A DNA stretch of 64,000 bases, taken from NCBI GenBank assembly GCA_964580465.1, contig CAZOKJ010000001.1, forward strand, positions 118,149-182,148, written 5' to 3'. Both the position numbers and the translations under genes were made by a program. Shown one piece after another: positions 18,063 through 27,503 of this stretch. Every line of letters starts with the position of its first letter. Position 1 is the first letter of the stretch. The DNA comes from an uncultured Fluviicola sp. Lineage in GTDB: Bacteria > Bacteroidota > Bacteroidia > Flavobacteriales_D > Crocinitomicaceae. The notes beneath the pieces were generated by a model. It had not been told where the DNA came from. It did no database searches and saw only the letters and a program-made list of their open reading frames with translations.

Positions 18063-20156
18063 ATGAAAAAATTCATGCAATCAATCCTAGGAAGTTATGT
18101 GTTAAGCTTTTTGCTAGTACTAATAACAAGTACATCTTTTGGGCAAATGGAATTTCCAGAAGACATCGTTAAGGTTAAATTTACTGTTGAGCAGGAAGGT
18201 AGCGAGGCTTTTGTTGTTGCTAATGTTTCTATTAAATCGAAATGGCATATTAATGCTTCTGTTTTGCCTAAAGGTAGCTTTGGTTTGCCTACTAAAATGG
18301 ATATTAAACCAGGAAAAGAGTTTAAAGTTATTGGTAACGTCATCGAACCAAAGCCGATTGAAAAATATGATGCTTTAGCTGATGAAAACTTGGCTTATCA
18401 TGAAGGAAATGTTAAAATTAAACGAAAAATTGCTGTTCTTTCTGAAAATGATTTTGAAGTAGCAGGTAGCTTTAATTTTCAAACATGTGACGATGTAAAA
18501 TGTTTGCCTGATTATACTTACGATTTCAAAGTAAAGGTAAAAGGTGTTGCAAAAGAAGCGCAAGTTGCTCCTTCAATTGACGAACAAGCTTCAGATGAAA
18601 CAATTACAAATGAAAGTGAAGAAACACCAAAGGCAGATGCTATTTCAACTACTGATAAGGATACTGCTGTTGACAATGCAGATGAAGGAAGCGTAACAGA
18701 TAAGTATTCAAAATGGTGGATTTTCTTATTGTCGTTTGCAAGTGGTTTACTCGCATTGTTGACGCCTTGTGTGTTTCCAATGATACCAATGACGGTTAGT
18801 TATTTTACAAAAACATCTAAATCTAAAGCACAAGGAATTAGAAATGCCTCAATTTATGGTTTATCTATCGTATTGATTTATGTATTTTTGGGAGCTTTAG
18901 TAATGTTGACTGGCACGGCAAGTGCTTTAAATGAAATGTCAACAAACCCATGGTTTAACATCGTTTTCTTCCTTTTATTGGTTGTTTTTGCGGTGTCATT
19001 TTTAGGTGCGTTTGAAATTAATATGCCTAATTCATGGGTGAATAAAGCAGACTCAAAAGCGGATAAAGGAGGGTTGATTGGAATCTTCTTTATGGCATTG
19101 GTTTTGGCTTTAGTTTCATTCTCTTGTACGGGTCCGATTGTTGGTACGCTATTAGTAGAAGCAGCATCTAAAGGAGGTTTAACTCCTTTGATTGGGATGT
19201 TTGGATTTGGATTGGCATTAGCCTTGCCTTTTGCTTTGTTTGCTGCTTTCCCAGGTTGGTTGAACTCAATGCCTCAATCTGGAGGTTGGCTAAACTCTGT
19301 TAAAGTGGTTTTAGGATTCCTAGAATTGGCCTTAGCATTCAAATTCTTGTCAAATGCAGACTTAGCTTGGCAAACACATTGGTTAGAAAGAGAAGTATTT
19401 ATTGCTATTTGGATTGCTGTATTTGGAGCGTTGACTATGTATTTGTTTGGTAAATTATTGCTTCCAAAAGACTCTAAAATCGAACGCCTTTCTGTTGGTA
19501 GATTAATGCTAGGATTGTTGTCTTTGACTTTTGTTATCTATATGATTCCTGGACTTTGGGGGGCTCCGTTGAAATTCATCAGTGCTTTCCCTCCTCCAAT
19601 GCATTATAGTGAGTCTCCTCTTGGTGTCGGTAGAGTAGCTGAAGTTGGTGCTGGCAATGCAACTAGCGCGCAACCTGAAGGTACGCATTTGGGACCTCAA
19701 AATATCTATGTATTCCATGATTTAGATAAAGCTGAAGCTTATGCTAAGCAAGTGAACAAACCTTTGTTTATTGATTTTACAGGGCACAACTGTGTGAATT
19801 GTCGTAAAATGGAACAATCTGTTTGGGGAGAACCTGGCATCATTGATATTTTGAAAAATGAAGTAGTTATTGCTTCATTGTATGTGGATGAACGTACTGA
19901 GTTGCCGCTAGAAGAACAAATTGAAGTGACCTACCCTGAAACAGGTAAGGTAGTAAAATTAAAAACTGTTGGTGATAAGTGGACTGCTAAACAAGTAATC
20001 GATTACAAAGTTACATCACAGCCATACTATCGCATGAAAAACTTGGATGGTTCGCATTTAGAAAATGGTTCAGCTACTTTCCAATCACACAGAGATCCAG
20101 TTGCTTTTAAGGCTTGGTTAGAAAAAGGATTGAAAGAATTTAAAGCTGGCAAGTAA
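18063..20156 (+). CDS. dsbD: Thiol:disulfide interchange protein DsbD (alpha domain, CcdA-like membrane core, C-terminal thioredoxin domain)
   Basis: 697 aa. Membrane Cys motifs [10 protein letters not shown] and FSCTGPIVG. Thioredoxin CVNC in [14 protein letters not shown]. Confidence 0.88.
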   Translation: MKKFMQSILGSYVLSFLLVLITSTSFGQMEFPEDIVKVKFTVEQEGSEAFVVANVSIKSKWHINASVLPKGSFGLPTKMDIKPGKEFKVIGNVIEPKPIEKYDALADENLAYHEGNVKIKRKIAVLSENDFEVAGSFNFQTCDDVKCLPDYTYDFKVKVKGVAKEAQVAPSIDEQASDETITNESEETPKADAISTTDKDTAVDNADEGSVTDKYSKWWIFLLSFASGLLALLTPCVFPMIPMTVSYFTKTSKSKAQGIRNASIYGLSIVLIYVFLGALVMLTGTASALNEMSTNPWFNIVFFLLLVVFAVSFLGAFEINMPNSWVNKADSKADKGGLIGIFFMALVLALVSFSCTGPIVGTLLVEAASKGGLTPLIGMFGFGLALALPFALFAAFPGWLNSMPQSGGWLNSVKVVLGFLELALAFKFLSNADLAWQTHWLEREVFIAIWIAVFGALTMYLFGKLLLPKDSKIERLSVGRLMLGLLSLTFVIYMIPGLWGAPLKFISAFPPPMHYSESPLGVGRVAEVGAGNATSAQPEGTHLGPQNIYVFHDLDKAEAYAKQVNKPLFIDFTGHNCVNCRKMEQSVWGEPGIIDILKNEVVIASLYVDERTELPLEEQIEVTYPETGKVVKLKTVGDKWTAKQVIDYKVTSQPYYRMKNLDGSHLENGSATFQSHRDPVAFKAWLEKGLKEFKAGK

Positions 20157-20157
20157 T

Positions 20158-20370
20158 ATGAGTAATGATCCTTTGCATGGCATCACTTTAAAAAGAATGG
20201 TGGAGCAGTTGGTGGATAAGTTAGGATGGGAACATTTAGGTTACTTGATTCCGATCAATTGTTTTAATAATAAACCAAGTGTGAATAGCAGTTTAAAGTT
20301 TTTAAGAAAAACAGATTGGGCTCGTAAAAAGGTTGAAAAATTATACCTTGAACGAATAGTCAATCAATAA
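20158..20370 (+). CDS. VF530/DUF2132-family small putative DNA-binding protein
   Basis: 70 aa. [25 protein letters not shown]...[16 protein letters not shown] is the pattern I associate with DUF2132. It starts 1 nt after the dsbD stop. Confidence 0.65.
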   Translation: MSNDPLHGITLKRMVEQLVDKLGWEHLGYLIPINCFNNKPSVNSSLKFLRKTDWARKKVEKLYLERIVNQ

Positions 20371-20374
20371 TAAT

Positions 20375-20409
20375 AAAAAACGGAGCAATATCAAAATGCT
20401 CCGTTTTTT
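20375..20409. terminator. Bidirectional terminator between convergent genes
   Basis: aaaaaacggagca / tgctccgtttttt forms a 13-bp perfect stem with a 9-nt loop. Confidence 0.85.
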
Positions 20410-20425
20410 AATGGGTATTTTAAAT

Positions 20426-21649
20426 TTATTTTTTTATGAATTCAAATTCCATGGTTACTCCATTTTTCAATTGCTGTTTATCAAAGAATAATTCTCCAGT
20501 AGATAATTTAACAGCAAATAATCCTTTTTTATCATCGATTAAAGCCCTGCTTGGGTTGTAGATACTTTCTTCTGAAAAATTGTTCAGCGTAGCTGTTTTT
20601 CCATCTAAAAATAATGCAAGCGTTTTGTTGCCTAAATCACCGCCACTGATTTTATAAGTCATCGCTTCGTTTAATGGATAAATGCCAACAGAAAAACTCT
20701 TTTTGTTATTAGTGCTTAATTGATGTTGATTAAGTTTCTTCCATTCTCCCTCTACGAGTTGGTGTAATTCCAACGTTTGGGCGTTGTTTGATGTATTCAA
20801 AATGGTGAAATAATAAGAACCATTATGCCGTGTAACTAAACCGTTTTGCATATCTTTTTCAGTTCCTAGATAATAAGCGCCATTGGTTCCATAACCTGTT
20901 GTTTGGAAAGTTGTAAACTTATCTGCCTGGTTACGTATGAATTCTCGGGCAATTTCTTTTCCCTTAGAGTTAAATTTGATGATATCCCATCCTTTCCCTT
21001 CCTTTTTTGTGGCATAATTAGCAAAATAAATTTCGTCCTCAGAAAAACCAATGTATTGGAAATGATTGCTTCTTCCACTATTCAAATCATCTTCTTTTAT
21101 CGTACCAAGTTTTGCTGCGTAAACAAGCATATTGTGATGAGTGATGAACGTTGCGATATCAGTGTATAACTTTTCCTTTTTATCGTAATGTCTAAAATGG
21201 TGTACAAGAGCTTTGTCGGTTACTACTACATTTTTTAGCTGTAAATCAGTGACTTCATAGCCCAAGCTTTTAATGACAGAACTCAAAGATACATTCGTAT
21301 TTTTTACGTTGCCAGCACTATTTAATTGCTCAAAATAAATTTTTCCATTTTCTGGATTCAAGTTGCGTAGGAAATAAACGTATCGAGCGTTTTCACTAGC
21401 TATGTAGTGATAATTGGTCCCTTTGGGTGGTGCAATTTGTTGTTCCCAGACGCTTTTATCTTTGTCTGCTACCAAAGTTAAGTACAATTGATTGTTATTT
21501 CCACTCGGATCTTTACTCATTAACATGGCACCCATTCCCTTCCATTCAATGATATTATAGAAAGGTTGTGTTGTTTTAGGAATGGTGAATTGTTGAGCAA
21601 ATGATTGAAATCCAAGTGAACATAGCCCAATTAAAAGAAGTTGTTTCAT
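20426..21649 (-). CDS. Secreted hypothetical protein
   Basis: The start is chosen at MKQLLLIGLCSLGFQSFAQQ (signal peptide). About 407 aa, rich in beta-type sequence. I recognise no motif. Confidence 0.6.
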   Translation of the reverse strand: MKQLLLIGLCSLGFQSFAQQFTIPKTTQPFYNIIEWKGMGAMLMSKDPSGNNNQLYLTLVADKDKSVWEQQIAPPKGTNYHYIASENARYVYFLRNLNPENGKIYFEQLNSAGNVKNTNVSLSSVIKSLGYEVTDLQLKNVVVTDKALVHHFRHYDKKEKLYTDIATFITHHNMLVYAAKLGTIKEDDLNSGRSNHFQYIGFSEDEIYFANYATKKEGKGWDIIKFNSKGKEIAREFIRNQADKFTTFQTTGYGTNGAYYLGTEKDMQNGLVTRHNGSYYFTILNTSNNAQTLELHQLVEGEWKKLNQHQLSTNNKKSFSVGIYPLNEAMTYKISGGDLGNKTLALFLDGKTATLNNFSEESIYNPSRALIDDKKGLFAVKLSTGELFFDKQQLKNGVTMEFEFIKK

Positions 21650-21686
21650 GTTTAAATAGTTATTTTGTTTTTTAATCAATATGATT

Positions 21687-22661
21687 TTATAGTTTATTCA
21701 TTTCAACTGACAAAAGCATCAGTTCTTGATTCATCAATTTGATATAAGATTCAAGTTGGTCATACATGTTAGCTCTATTGTACAGTTGCTCAGTGGAGTA
21801 TTTTCCTCCTAATCCAAAATATAAATTAAGTAAATCATTTTTTTGTTTTGTCTTAGCCTTTTTAATTTGTTCAAATTCCATCCAACGTTGAACGATTTGA
21901 TAACGCACAGATGTTTCTATTGAATCTTTGGGGTTATAATAACAAAGATAGTGCCAAACTGACGGGGGAAATATCTCCGAGTGTTCCACTCCTTTCCAAA
22001 TGTCACTCAGTGCGTTTCGTTCGTGTTGAACATGAATGAATTTTTTGTTAAGTAAAATCAATGTACCTATTGCAGCTTCAGTTAAACCCGCTGTAACTCC
22101 TGCTATCATTGTTCCTTTGAAATCATCTTGCACTACAGTTAAAATAGCACCAGAGGCTCCTACTACCATAGCAGCTACCGTTAATTTGGTTTCTATATCT
22201 GCTTCTTTTTGATTCATAAAATCTGCTAATTGCGAAATGCGCTCTTCTTCACAATCTAGTTCAGAAGCAATAGAAGAAATTTCTAACGAAGCCAAGCTGA
22301 TTGATCGATTAATTTTTTGCGATAATTCTATTGTTTCGATTCTCAAATCAGGCGTAGGTGCTTGTTCATAAGTTTTTTTGAGTTTTACATATTGTTCTAT
22401 TAAATCTAAAGCCCCAATACCGTTTGCAATTTTTAAACTTGCTGGAGAAAAATATTGGTATAAAACAGAGTCAATTGTTAACTGATGAAAAGGCGTAATG
22501 TTTGATTGTGATATTTGAATAGTTCTGTTTTCAATATAACATGGTTTTTGATTGAATTGTTGGTTGGTTGTAACTTTTAAAGTAGTACAAGAAGAAAGCA
22601 ATAAAATAAATATGCTAAGAATAAAGATAGTTTGTTTTGTTTTTATCACAGCCTTAAACAT
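21687..22661 (-). CDS. Hypothetical lipoprotein with a central Gly/Ala-rich helical hairpin
   Basis: 324 aa. Lipobox LLLSSC. Coiled-coil-like stretches flank two hydrophobic helices (LTVAAMVVGASGAILTVV, IAGVTAGLTEAAIGTLILL). Confidence 0.6.
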   Translation of the reverse strand: MFKAVIKTKQTIFILSIFILLLSSCTTLKVTTNQQFNQKPCYIENRTIQISQSNITPFHQLTIDSVLYQYFSPASLKIANGIGALDLIEQYVKLKKTYEQAPTPDLRIETIELSQKINRSISLASLEISSIASELDCEEERISQLADFMNQKEADIETKLTVAAMVVGASGAILTVVQDDFKGTMIAGVTAGLTEAAIGTLILLNKKFIHVQHERNALSDIWKGVEHSEIFPPSVWHYLCYYNPKDSIETSVRYQIVQRWMEFEQIKKAKTKQKNDLLNLYFGLGGKYSTEQLYNRANMYDQLESYIKLMNQELMLLSVEMNKL

Positions 22662-22713
22662 GAGTTGAATGAACTATTTTAGTTTCGTAAATTTACAAAA
22701 AAATATGCAATTA

Positions 22714-22745
22714 TTTGTTGTATTCACGAGATTTTCTTAAATTTG
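22714..22745 (+). promoter_or_regulatory. Bacteroidota-type promoter of the T9SS protease gene
   Basis: TTTG (22714..22717), a 20-nt spacer, then TAAATTTG (22738..22745). Its position argues against the upstream TTG start at 22715. Confidence 0.6.
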
Positions 22746-22792
22746 ATATGAGACACTTGTCTTTTGCAACAACTATAATACAAAAAAAAATT

Positions 22793-25063
22793 ATGATAAA
22801 ACATCTTTTTATAGTCCTAATAACTTTCTTATCGTTAGTCACTTTTGGTCAAGTTCAAGGTGATGGAGGTACTTTGCCAAGTAAACGATTTGCCATTTCG
22901 GCTACGCTAACTCATGTGGATTTTCAACAACCTGACATAAAAAAATTGAGGGCTGAGGATGCAATTAATGATAAAACCGGTGATAAAGCATGGCGATTTG
23001 GAGTTATGAATGATACTTATTTATCGTTGGAAAATGCTGGAACATGGGTTCATTTACCTAATGGTGGACGTTTGTGGATGCTTGAAGTGAACTGTTTTTT
23101 CGCTCAAACGATTAATTTTAGTTTGAGAAACACGGTCATACCGAATGGTAACGAATTGTATTTTAGTTCATCTGATCAAACAATTGTTTTAGGAAAGTTT
23201 ACTGAAAAGCATTTATACAAAGGAAATTTAGGTACCGAATTAATCAAGGGCAATAAAGCACGTGTGGAATATTATGTAGCCCCGGAAAATTTGAATTCCA
23301 TTGGTTCAGTTGAAATTTTTGGTGTAACTCATGGTTACCGTTCACAAAGCGAATTTGATGATGTGATTAAGTCTTTTGGACAATCTCAGGCATGTCATAA
23401 AAATGTCAATTGCCCTGAAGCAGCTGATTATACTAAGCAAAAACGAAGTGTGGTTTTTATTGTTTCAAGTGGAACAGACTTGTGTACAGGTACTTTAATA
23501 AACAATACATCGTATGATGGGAAGCCATATATTTTAACAGCAAATCACTGCTATGGAGGAAATATACCTAATTGGGTGTTCCGTTTTAATTATGAGAGTC
23601 CTGATTGTTCAAATCCTCCATCAATTCCTGCTTTTCAGTCCATTTCTGGTGCTGAATTAAGAGCTCGAAGACAAGGTTCAGATTTTTTACTTGTTGAAAT
23701 CACTGGCGGATTGGAAGCAGGGACTGTGCCAGCTGCTTTTAATGCTTATTTTTCTGGTTGGGATCGTTCGGGAGAACCTTTAGATAAAGCAGTCGGCATT
23801 CATCATCCACGAGGAGATATCAAGAAAATTTCTTTTGAAGACGATCCTGTTAATGCTGCTCAAAGTCAAATAGGTTCGGTTATGAGTGACCCTTTTGGTG
23901 TTTGGAAAGTTCAATGGAATAGAAGTACAGCAACAGAAGGAGGATCGTCTGGTTCTGCTTTGTTTGACCAACATAAACGTTTGGTTGGTCAATTATGGGG
24001 AGGTCAGTCTTCTTGTTCAAATTTACAAGGACCTGACTATTATGGACGCTTTGCTACTTCATGGGAGCCAGCAGGGAGTAATTCGACCAATCAACTAAAA
24101 TATTGGCTGGACCCTTCCAATACTGGGGCAATAGCGATGGATGGATTTGATTTAGGAAGTAGGTTACAGGTGGATGCCGCAATTGCACATCCAAAAAACA
24201 CAAGAGGAACGATTTGTTTGCCTACAATCCAACCAAAAATACATCTTATCAATATGGGGCAAGTTGCAATGACATCAGCAACAATTGCTTATGGTTTTGA
24301 TGGTGTGGAACAAGGAGTCTATTCATGGAGCGGGAATTTATCTTCACTTCAATTTGAAGAAATTTCGTTATCCCAAATACAATCTACAGCTGGAAGTCAT
24401 ACATTCTATGCTGAGGTGAAGACAGTTAACGGTCAACAAGATGAATCTACTGAAAATGATTTTATTTCCACTTCTTATTATGTGATGAATCAAGCTCAAA
24501 ACTTTCATTTGGCATTAAATTTAGATGACTATGGTAGTGAAACAAGTTGGGAATTGAAATCTACAGCGAACGGCACAGTGTTTTTTAATAGCCCTGTATA
24601 TGTTGACACACCTGGAGGCGAACTTAGAGAAAGCGATTTTTGCTTGGAAGAAGGATGCTACACATTTACGATTAAAGACGCTTATGGTGATGGAATGGTT
24701 TATGGTTCTACTGGTAGTTTTACAATTAAAGATTCACAAGGAACGATTGTTGCTCAAATGACAGCAGATGATGCTAGTTTTACTACATCTTATTCTGTTC
24801 AGTTTTGTGTCGATGGATTGTCTCTTAACACAATAGATGCTGCTGTTTCTTTGTTCCCAAACCCATCTTCAGGAGTAATTTATTGGTCTAAATCGGGGGT
24901 AAAAGAAGTTCGTTTAATGGATTTGAGTGGAAAAGTTATCCTTGAGCAAAAGGGAGATGCCAATCAGTTTTCCATTGAAGAAGCTCAATCTGGAGTATAC
25001 ATTGTTCAATTTGATTGGTTAGACGGAAGTTCAAGTCAGAAAAAAATAATTTTAATGAAATAG
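22793..25063 (+). CDS. Secreted trypsin-like (S1, lysyl-endopeptidase-like) serine protease with T9SS C-terminal sorting domain
   Basis: Signal peptide MIKHLFIVLITFLSLVTFGQ. Catalytic triad context LTANHC, DFLLVEI, GGSSGSALFD. C-terminal ~80 aa (LFPNPSSGVIYW...GVYIVQF...KKIILMK) is a Por_Secre_tail-type domain. Confidence 0.85.
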   Translation: MIKHLFIVLITFLSLVTFGQVQGDGGTLPSKRFAISATLTHVDFQQPDIKKLRAEDAINDKTGDKAWRFGVMNDTYLSLENAGTWVHLPNGGRLWMLEVNCFFAQTINFSLRNTVIPNGNELYFSSSDQTIVLGKFTEKHLYKGNLGTELIKGNKARVEYYVAPENLNSIGSVEIFGVTHGYRSQSEFDDVIKSFGQSQACHKNVNCPEAADYTKQKRSVVFIVSSGTDLCTGTLINNTSYDGKPYILTANHCYGGNIPNWVFRFNYESPDCSNPPSIPAFQSISGAELRARRQGSDFLLVEITGGLEAGTVPAAFNAYFSGWDRSGEPLDKAVGIHHPRGDIKKISFEDDPVNAAQSQIGSVMSDPFGVWKVQWNRSTATEGGSSGSALFDQHKRLVGQLWGGQSSCSNLQGPDYYGRFATSWEPAGSNSTNQLKYWLDPSNTGAIAMDGFDLGSRLQVDAAIAHPKNTRGTICLPTIQPKIHLINMGQVAMTSATIAYGFDGVEQGVYSWSGNLSSLQFEEISLSQIQSTAGSHTFYAEVKTVNGQQDESTENDFISTSYYVMNQAQNFHLALNLDDYGSETSWELKSTANGTVFFNSPVYVDTPGGELRESDFCLEEGCYTFTIKDAYGDGMVYGSTGSFTIKDSQGTIVAQMTADDASFTTSYSVQFCVDGLSLNTIDAAVSLFPNPSSGVIYWSKSGVKEVRLMDLSGKVILEQKGDANQFSIEEAQSGVYIVQFDWLDGSSSQKKIILMK

Positions 25064-25107
25064 TAAAAAGATATTTTCATTCTTTGAATAATTACTATAA
25101 AAAGCAG

Positions 25108-25132
25108 GAGGCTATCCTTTACGGATAGCCTC
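25108..25132. terminator. Hairpin between convergent transcription units
   Basis: gaggctatcc / ggatagcctc forms a 10-bp perfect stem with a 5-nt loop. Confidence 0.7.
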
Positions 25133-25258
25133 TCTTGTTCCTCCATGTCCTTTTGTTACAATCCCAATAATTTTGACGTTTAAAATAATAAAACGGATAA
25201 ATTGTATAATGGGGTTGCGCATGATGAATTTTTCTGATTTTGTGAATGGTCTACTCAT
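25112..25258 (-). CDS. Unlisted 48-codon ORF downstream of the SQR-like gene (possible small membrane protein)
   Basis: Hand translation gives MSRPFTKSEKFIMRNPIIQFIRFIILNVKIIGIVTKGHGGTREAIRKG. The ATG lies 22 nt after the SQR stop on the same strand, and the stop lies inside the terminator hairpin. It is below the 60-aa cutoff of the ORF track. Confidence 0.3.
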   Translation of the reverse strand: MSRPFTKSEKFIMRNPIIQFIRFIILNVKIIGIVTKGHGGTREAIRKG

Positions 25259-25280
25259 AACAATTATTTTTAAGTTATTA

Positions 25281-26738
25281 CTATTCTGGAATTAACCACC
25301 AAAAAGGTTTCATTTTAGCTTTCCAAATAAAGCCAATGTGTAATGCATATTTCACCCAATGTCCCGCAAGTCCAATTTCTCCAAAGGTTTTCTTAATGTC
25401 GCGCCCCCCAGTTGCAGCATACTTTTTATAGTCTGGAACAATTGGATAAGTTGTTATTGTTACAGCGGACCCCTTTGTTAGCCCATAACCAGCAGAAGCA
25501 ATACAAGCGGCACCCATGTTACCCATTGATCCTCTATGTGCAGGCGCATTAGGATCTTTTATACGATCGATGATGGTGTCAGCAACTAATTTTGCAGTGA
25601 TACCTGAAGGCATTCCTGTTCTTGGTGGAGCAGGAAATATTGGGTTTCCATTTTTGCTTGTTCTAGGTTTGGAAATAGTATGAGGAGGTGCAAAGGCAAT
25701 ACCAGGAGCAAAGATATTGGCATAACTAGGATTTTGATACGTTTCTGGCCAATCTTGCACAGTCCATTCTTCGTACGGTTTTTCTGTGTAATCAGCATCT
25801 ACAATCATAAAGCCTTTAAATAACTTAGAGGTAATGTCTGCACCATTTTTATCATAAGCTATGAATGGATGTCCAGCAAAAGCGGGGATTAACATGGCAA
25901 AGTCATATTGCTCAGTTTTGAATTCACCGTCTAAATTTTCATAATGAACTAATCCTGGTTCAATTTTGTTTACACCTGCTCTAGTAATCCAATTAATTCC
26001 TCTATCTTTAAAAACCATTTCAACAACTTCAGCTGAAGGCAACTGCTGACTACCATAAGCGAGTAACATGCCATCCATTCCGAAATCACCTAGTTCATAC
26101 TCGTTAGAAATCCAGGTAATGTCAACTTTGTCGCGTAATTTTTTACGACGTAGTTCATTTTCAACATTTAAAATGTATTCAAACGCAGCGCCTTGACAAG
26201 TTGCCTTAGGATGCCCAGTGCCAATAAGTATTTTTAATTTTTCTTTGCTTGTTTTTAGTTTTTCTTCTAACTCTTTTAGTCCTTTCGCTGCGTGTTCTGC
26301 ATGGTCATAAGAACATACAGAATACAAATTATTTTGTCCAGGTATCATGCCTTCAGTTAGGTCAAAAGCTAATCGAGGACCAGTGGCATTGATGAGGTAA
26401 TCGTATGTGATTTTTTCTTGCAGTCCTTTTTTGTCGCCAACTACATATTCTGCAATGATATACCCCTGACTGATTTCAGCATCTCCTTCTGGATGAAAAC
26501 TAATTGCTTTTGCTTGTTTATAACCAATGCCTTTCTTTTTGTATAAAGGAGCGAGCGGGAAAATAACATCTTTAGGTTGCATTCTTCCAATACCAACCCA
26601 TATATTAGATGGGATCCATTGATAATTGCTATTTGGGGAAACAACCAAAACTTCATGCTCTTTGTCCAGTTTTCTTCTCAGATGTGCAGCAGCGGTGTGA
26701 CCGGCAATTCCTGCACCAAGTATTACAATACGTGCCAT
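25281..26738 (-). CDS. FAD-dependent pyridine nucleotide-disulfide oxidoreductase, sulfide:quinone oxidoreductase-like
   Basis: 485 aa. N-terminal Rossmann motif RIVILGAGIAGHTAA. Conserved Cys contexts KATCQGAAFEY and GAACIASAGYG. Amphipathic C-terminal tail. Confidence 0.7.
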   Translation of the reverse strand: MARIVILGAGIAGHTAAAHLRRKLDKEHEVLVVSPNSNYQWIPSNIWVGIGRMQPKDVIFPLAPLYKKKGIGYKQAKAISFHPEGDAEISQGYIIAEYVVGDKKGLQEKITYDYLINATGPRLAFDLTEGMIPGQNNLYSVCSYDHAEHAAKGLKELEEKLKTSKEKLKILIGTGHPKATCQGAAFEYILNVENELRRKKLRDKVDITWISNEYELGDFGMDGMLLAYGSQQLPSAEVVEMVFKDRGINWITRAGVNKIEPGLVHYENLDGEFKTEQYDFAMLIPAFAGHPFIAYDKNGADITSKLFKGFMIVDADYTEKPYEEWTVQDWPETYQNPSYANIFAPGIAFAPPHTISKPRTSKNGNPIFPAPPRTGMPSGITAKLVADTIIDRIKDPNAPAHRGSMGNMGAACIASAGYGLTKGSAVTITTYPIVPDYKKYAATGGRDIKKTFGEIGLAGHWVKYALHIGFIWKAKMKPFWWLIPE

Positions 26739-26835
26739 GATATTTGTTTTTTGTAAAAGTAATACTTGCTTGTGAATTAGTTTGTTACAATTGTTACAGT
26801 TTCGGATTCGATTCTAAAAATTCACGATTAGATTT

Positions 26836-27351
26836 CTACCTTTGTCTAAGATACGCTTTTATGTAAAGTTCTAAAGAGCTAATTTCTTGAATAGACCGAT
26901 CAACAATTAGATGAGCTTGATTGTAAAAGTGTTCTCTTTTTGCTAAATGCTCCTCAATATAAAGAGTGAGTTCTTCTAGTGTTTTGTTGTCTGTAAGTGG
27001 ACGTTTTTTCTTAGAATTAAAAATCCTGTTTGCTAATTCTTTAGCAGGTCGTTTTAAGTAAATAACGAGTCCTAGTTTTTTTAATTCCTCCATTTGGTTA
27101 TTGTAGCAAGGCATTCCTCCACCTGTGGAAAGGAGTAAATTATCTTCTTTTTGAAATGTTTGAATTAACTCACGTTCTAATTTTCTGAAATGTTCTTCGC
27201 CTAATTCATTAAAAATAGAAGGGATGTTCTTCTGTTCTTTTGACTCAATAAAAGCGTCAGTATCTATAAATCGAAGATTCATCTTCGAAGCTAATTTTTT
27301 TCCCAAGGTTGTTTTCCCAGAACCCATGTACCCGACTAGAATAATATTCAT
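26836..27351 (-). CDS. aroK: Shikimate kinase
   Basis: The start is moved to MNIILVGYMGSGKTTLGKKLA (P-loop). LSTGGG motif present. Confidence 0.9.
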   Translation of the reverse strand: MNIILVGYMGSGKTTLGKKLASKMNLRFIDTDAFIESKEQKNIPSIFNELGEEHFRKLERELIQTFQKEDNLLLSTGGGMPCYNNQMEELKKLGLVIYLKRPAKELANRIFNSKKKRPLTDNKTLEELTLYIEEHLAKREHFYNQAHLIVDRSIQEISSLELYIKAYLRQR

Positions 27352-27503
27352 ACCGTAAAGTAACAAATAATTATTTTAAAAAAAAAGTGAAATAAAAATA
27401 AAAAAAATATGCGTACATAATACTTTTATGAAAAAAATGATTAATTTTATGCACTATCAAAGGATGAAAATTGTAAAAAACTAAATAGATAATTAGTAAA
27501 GAT

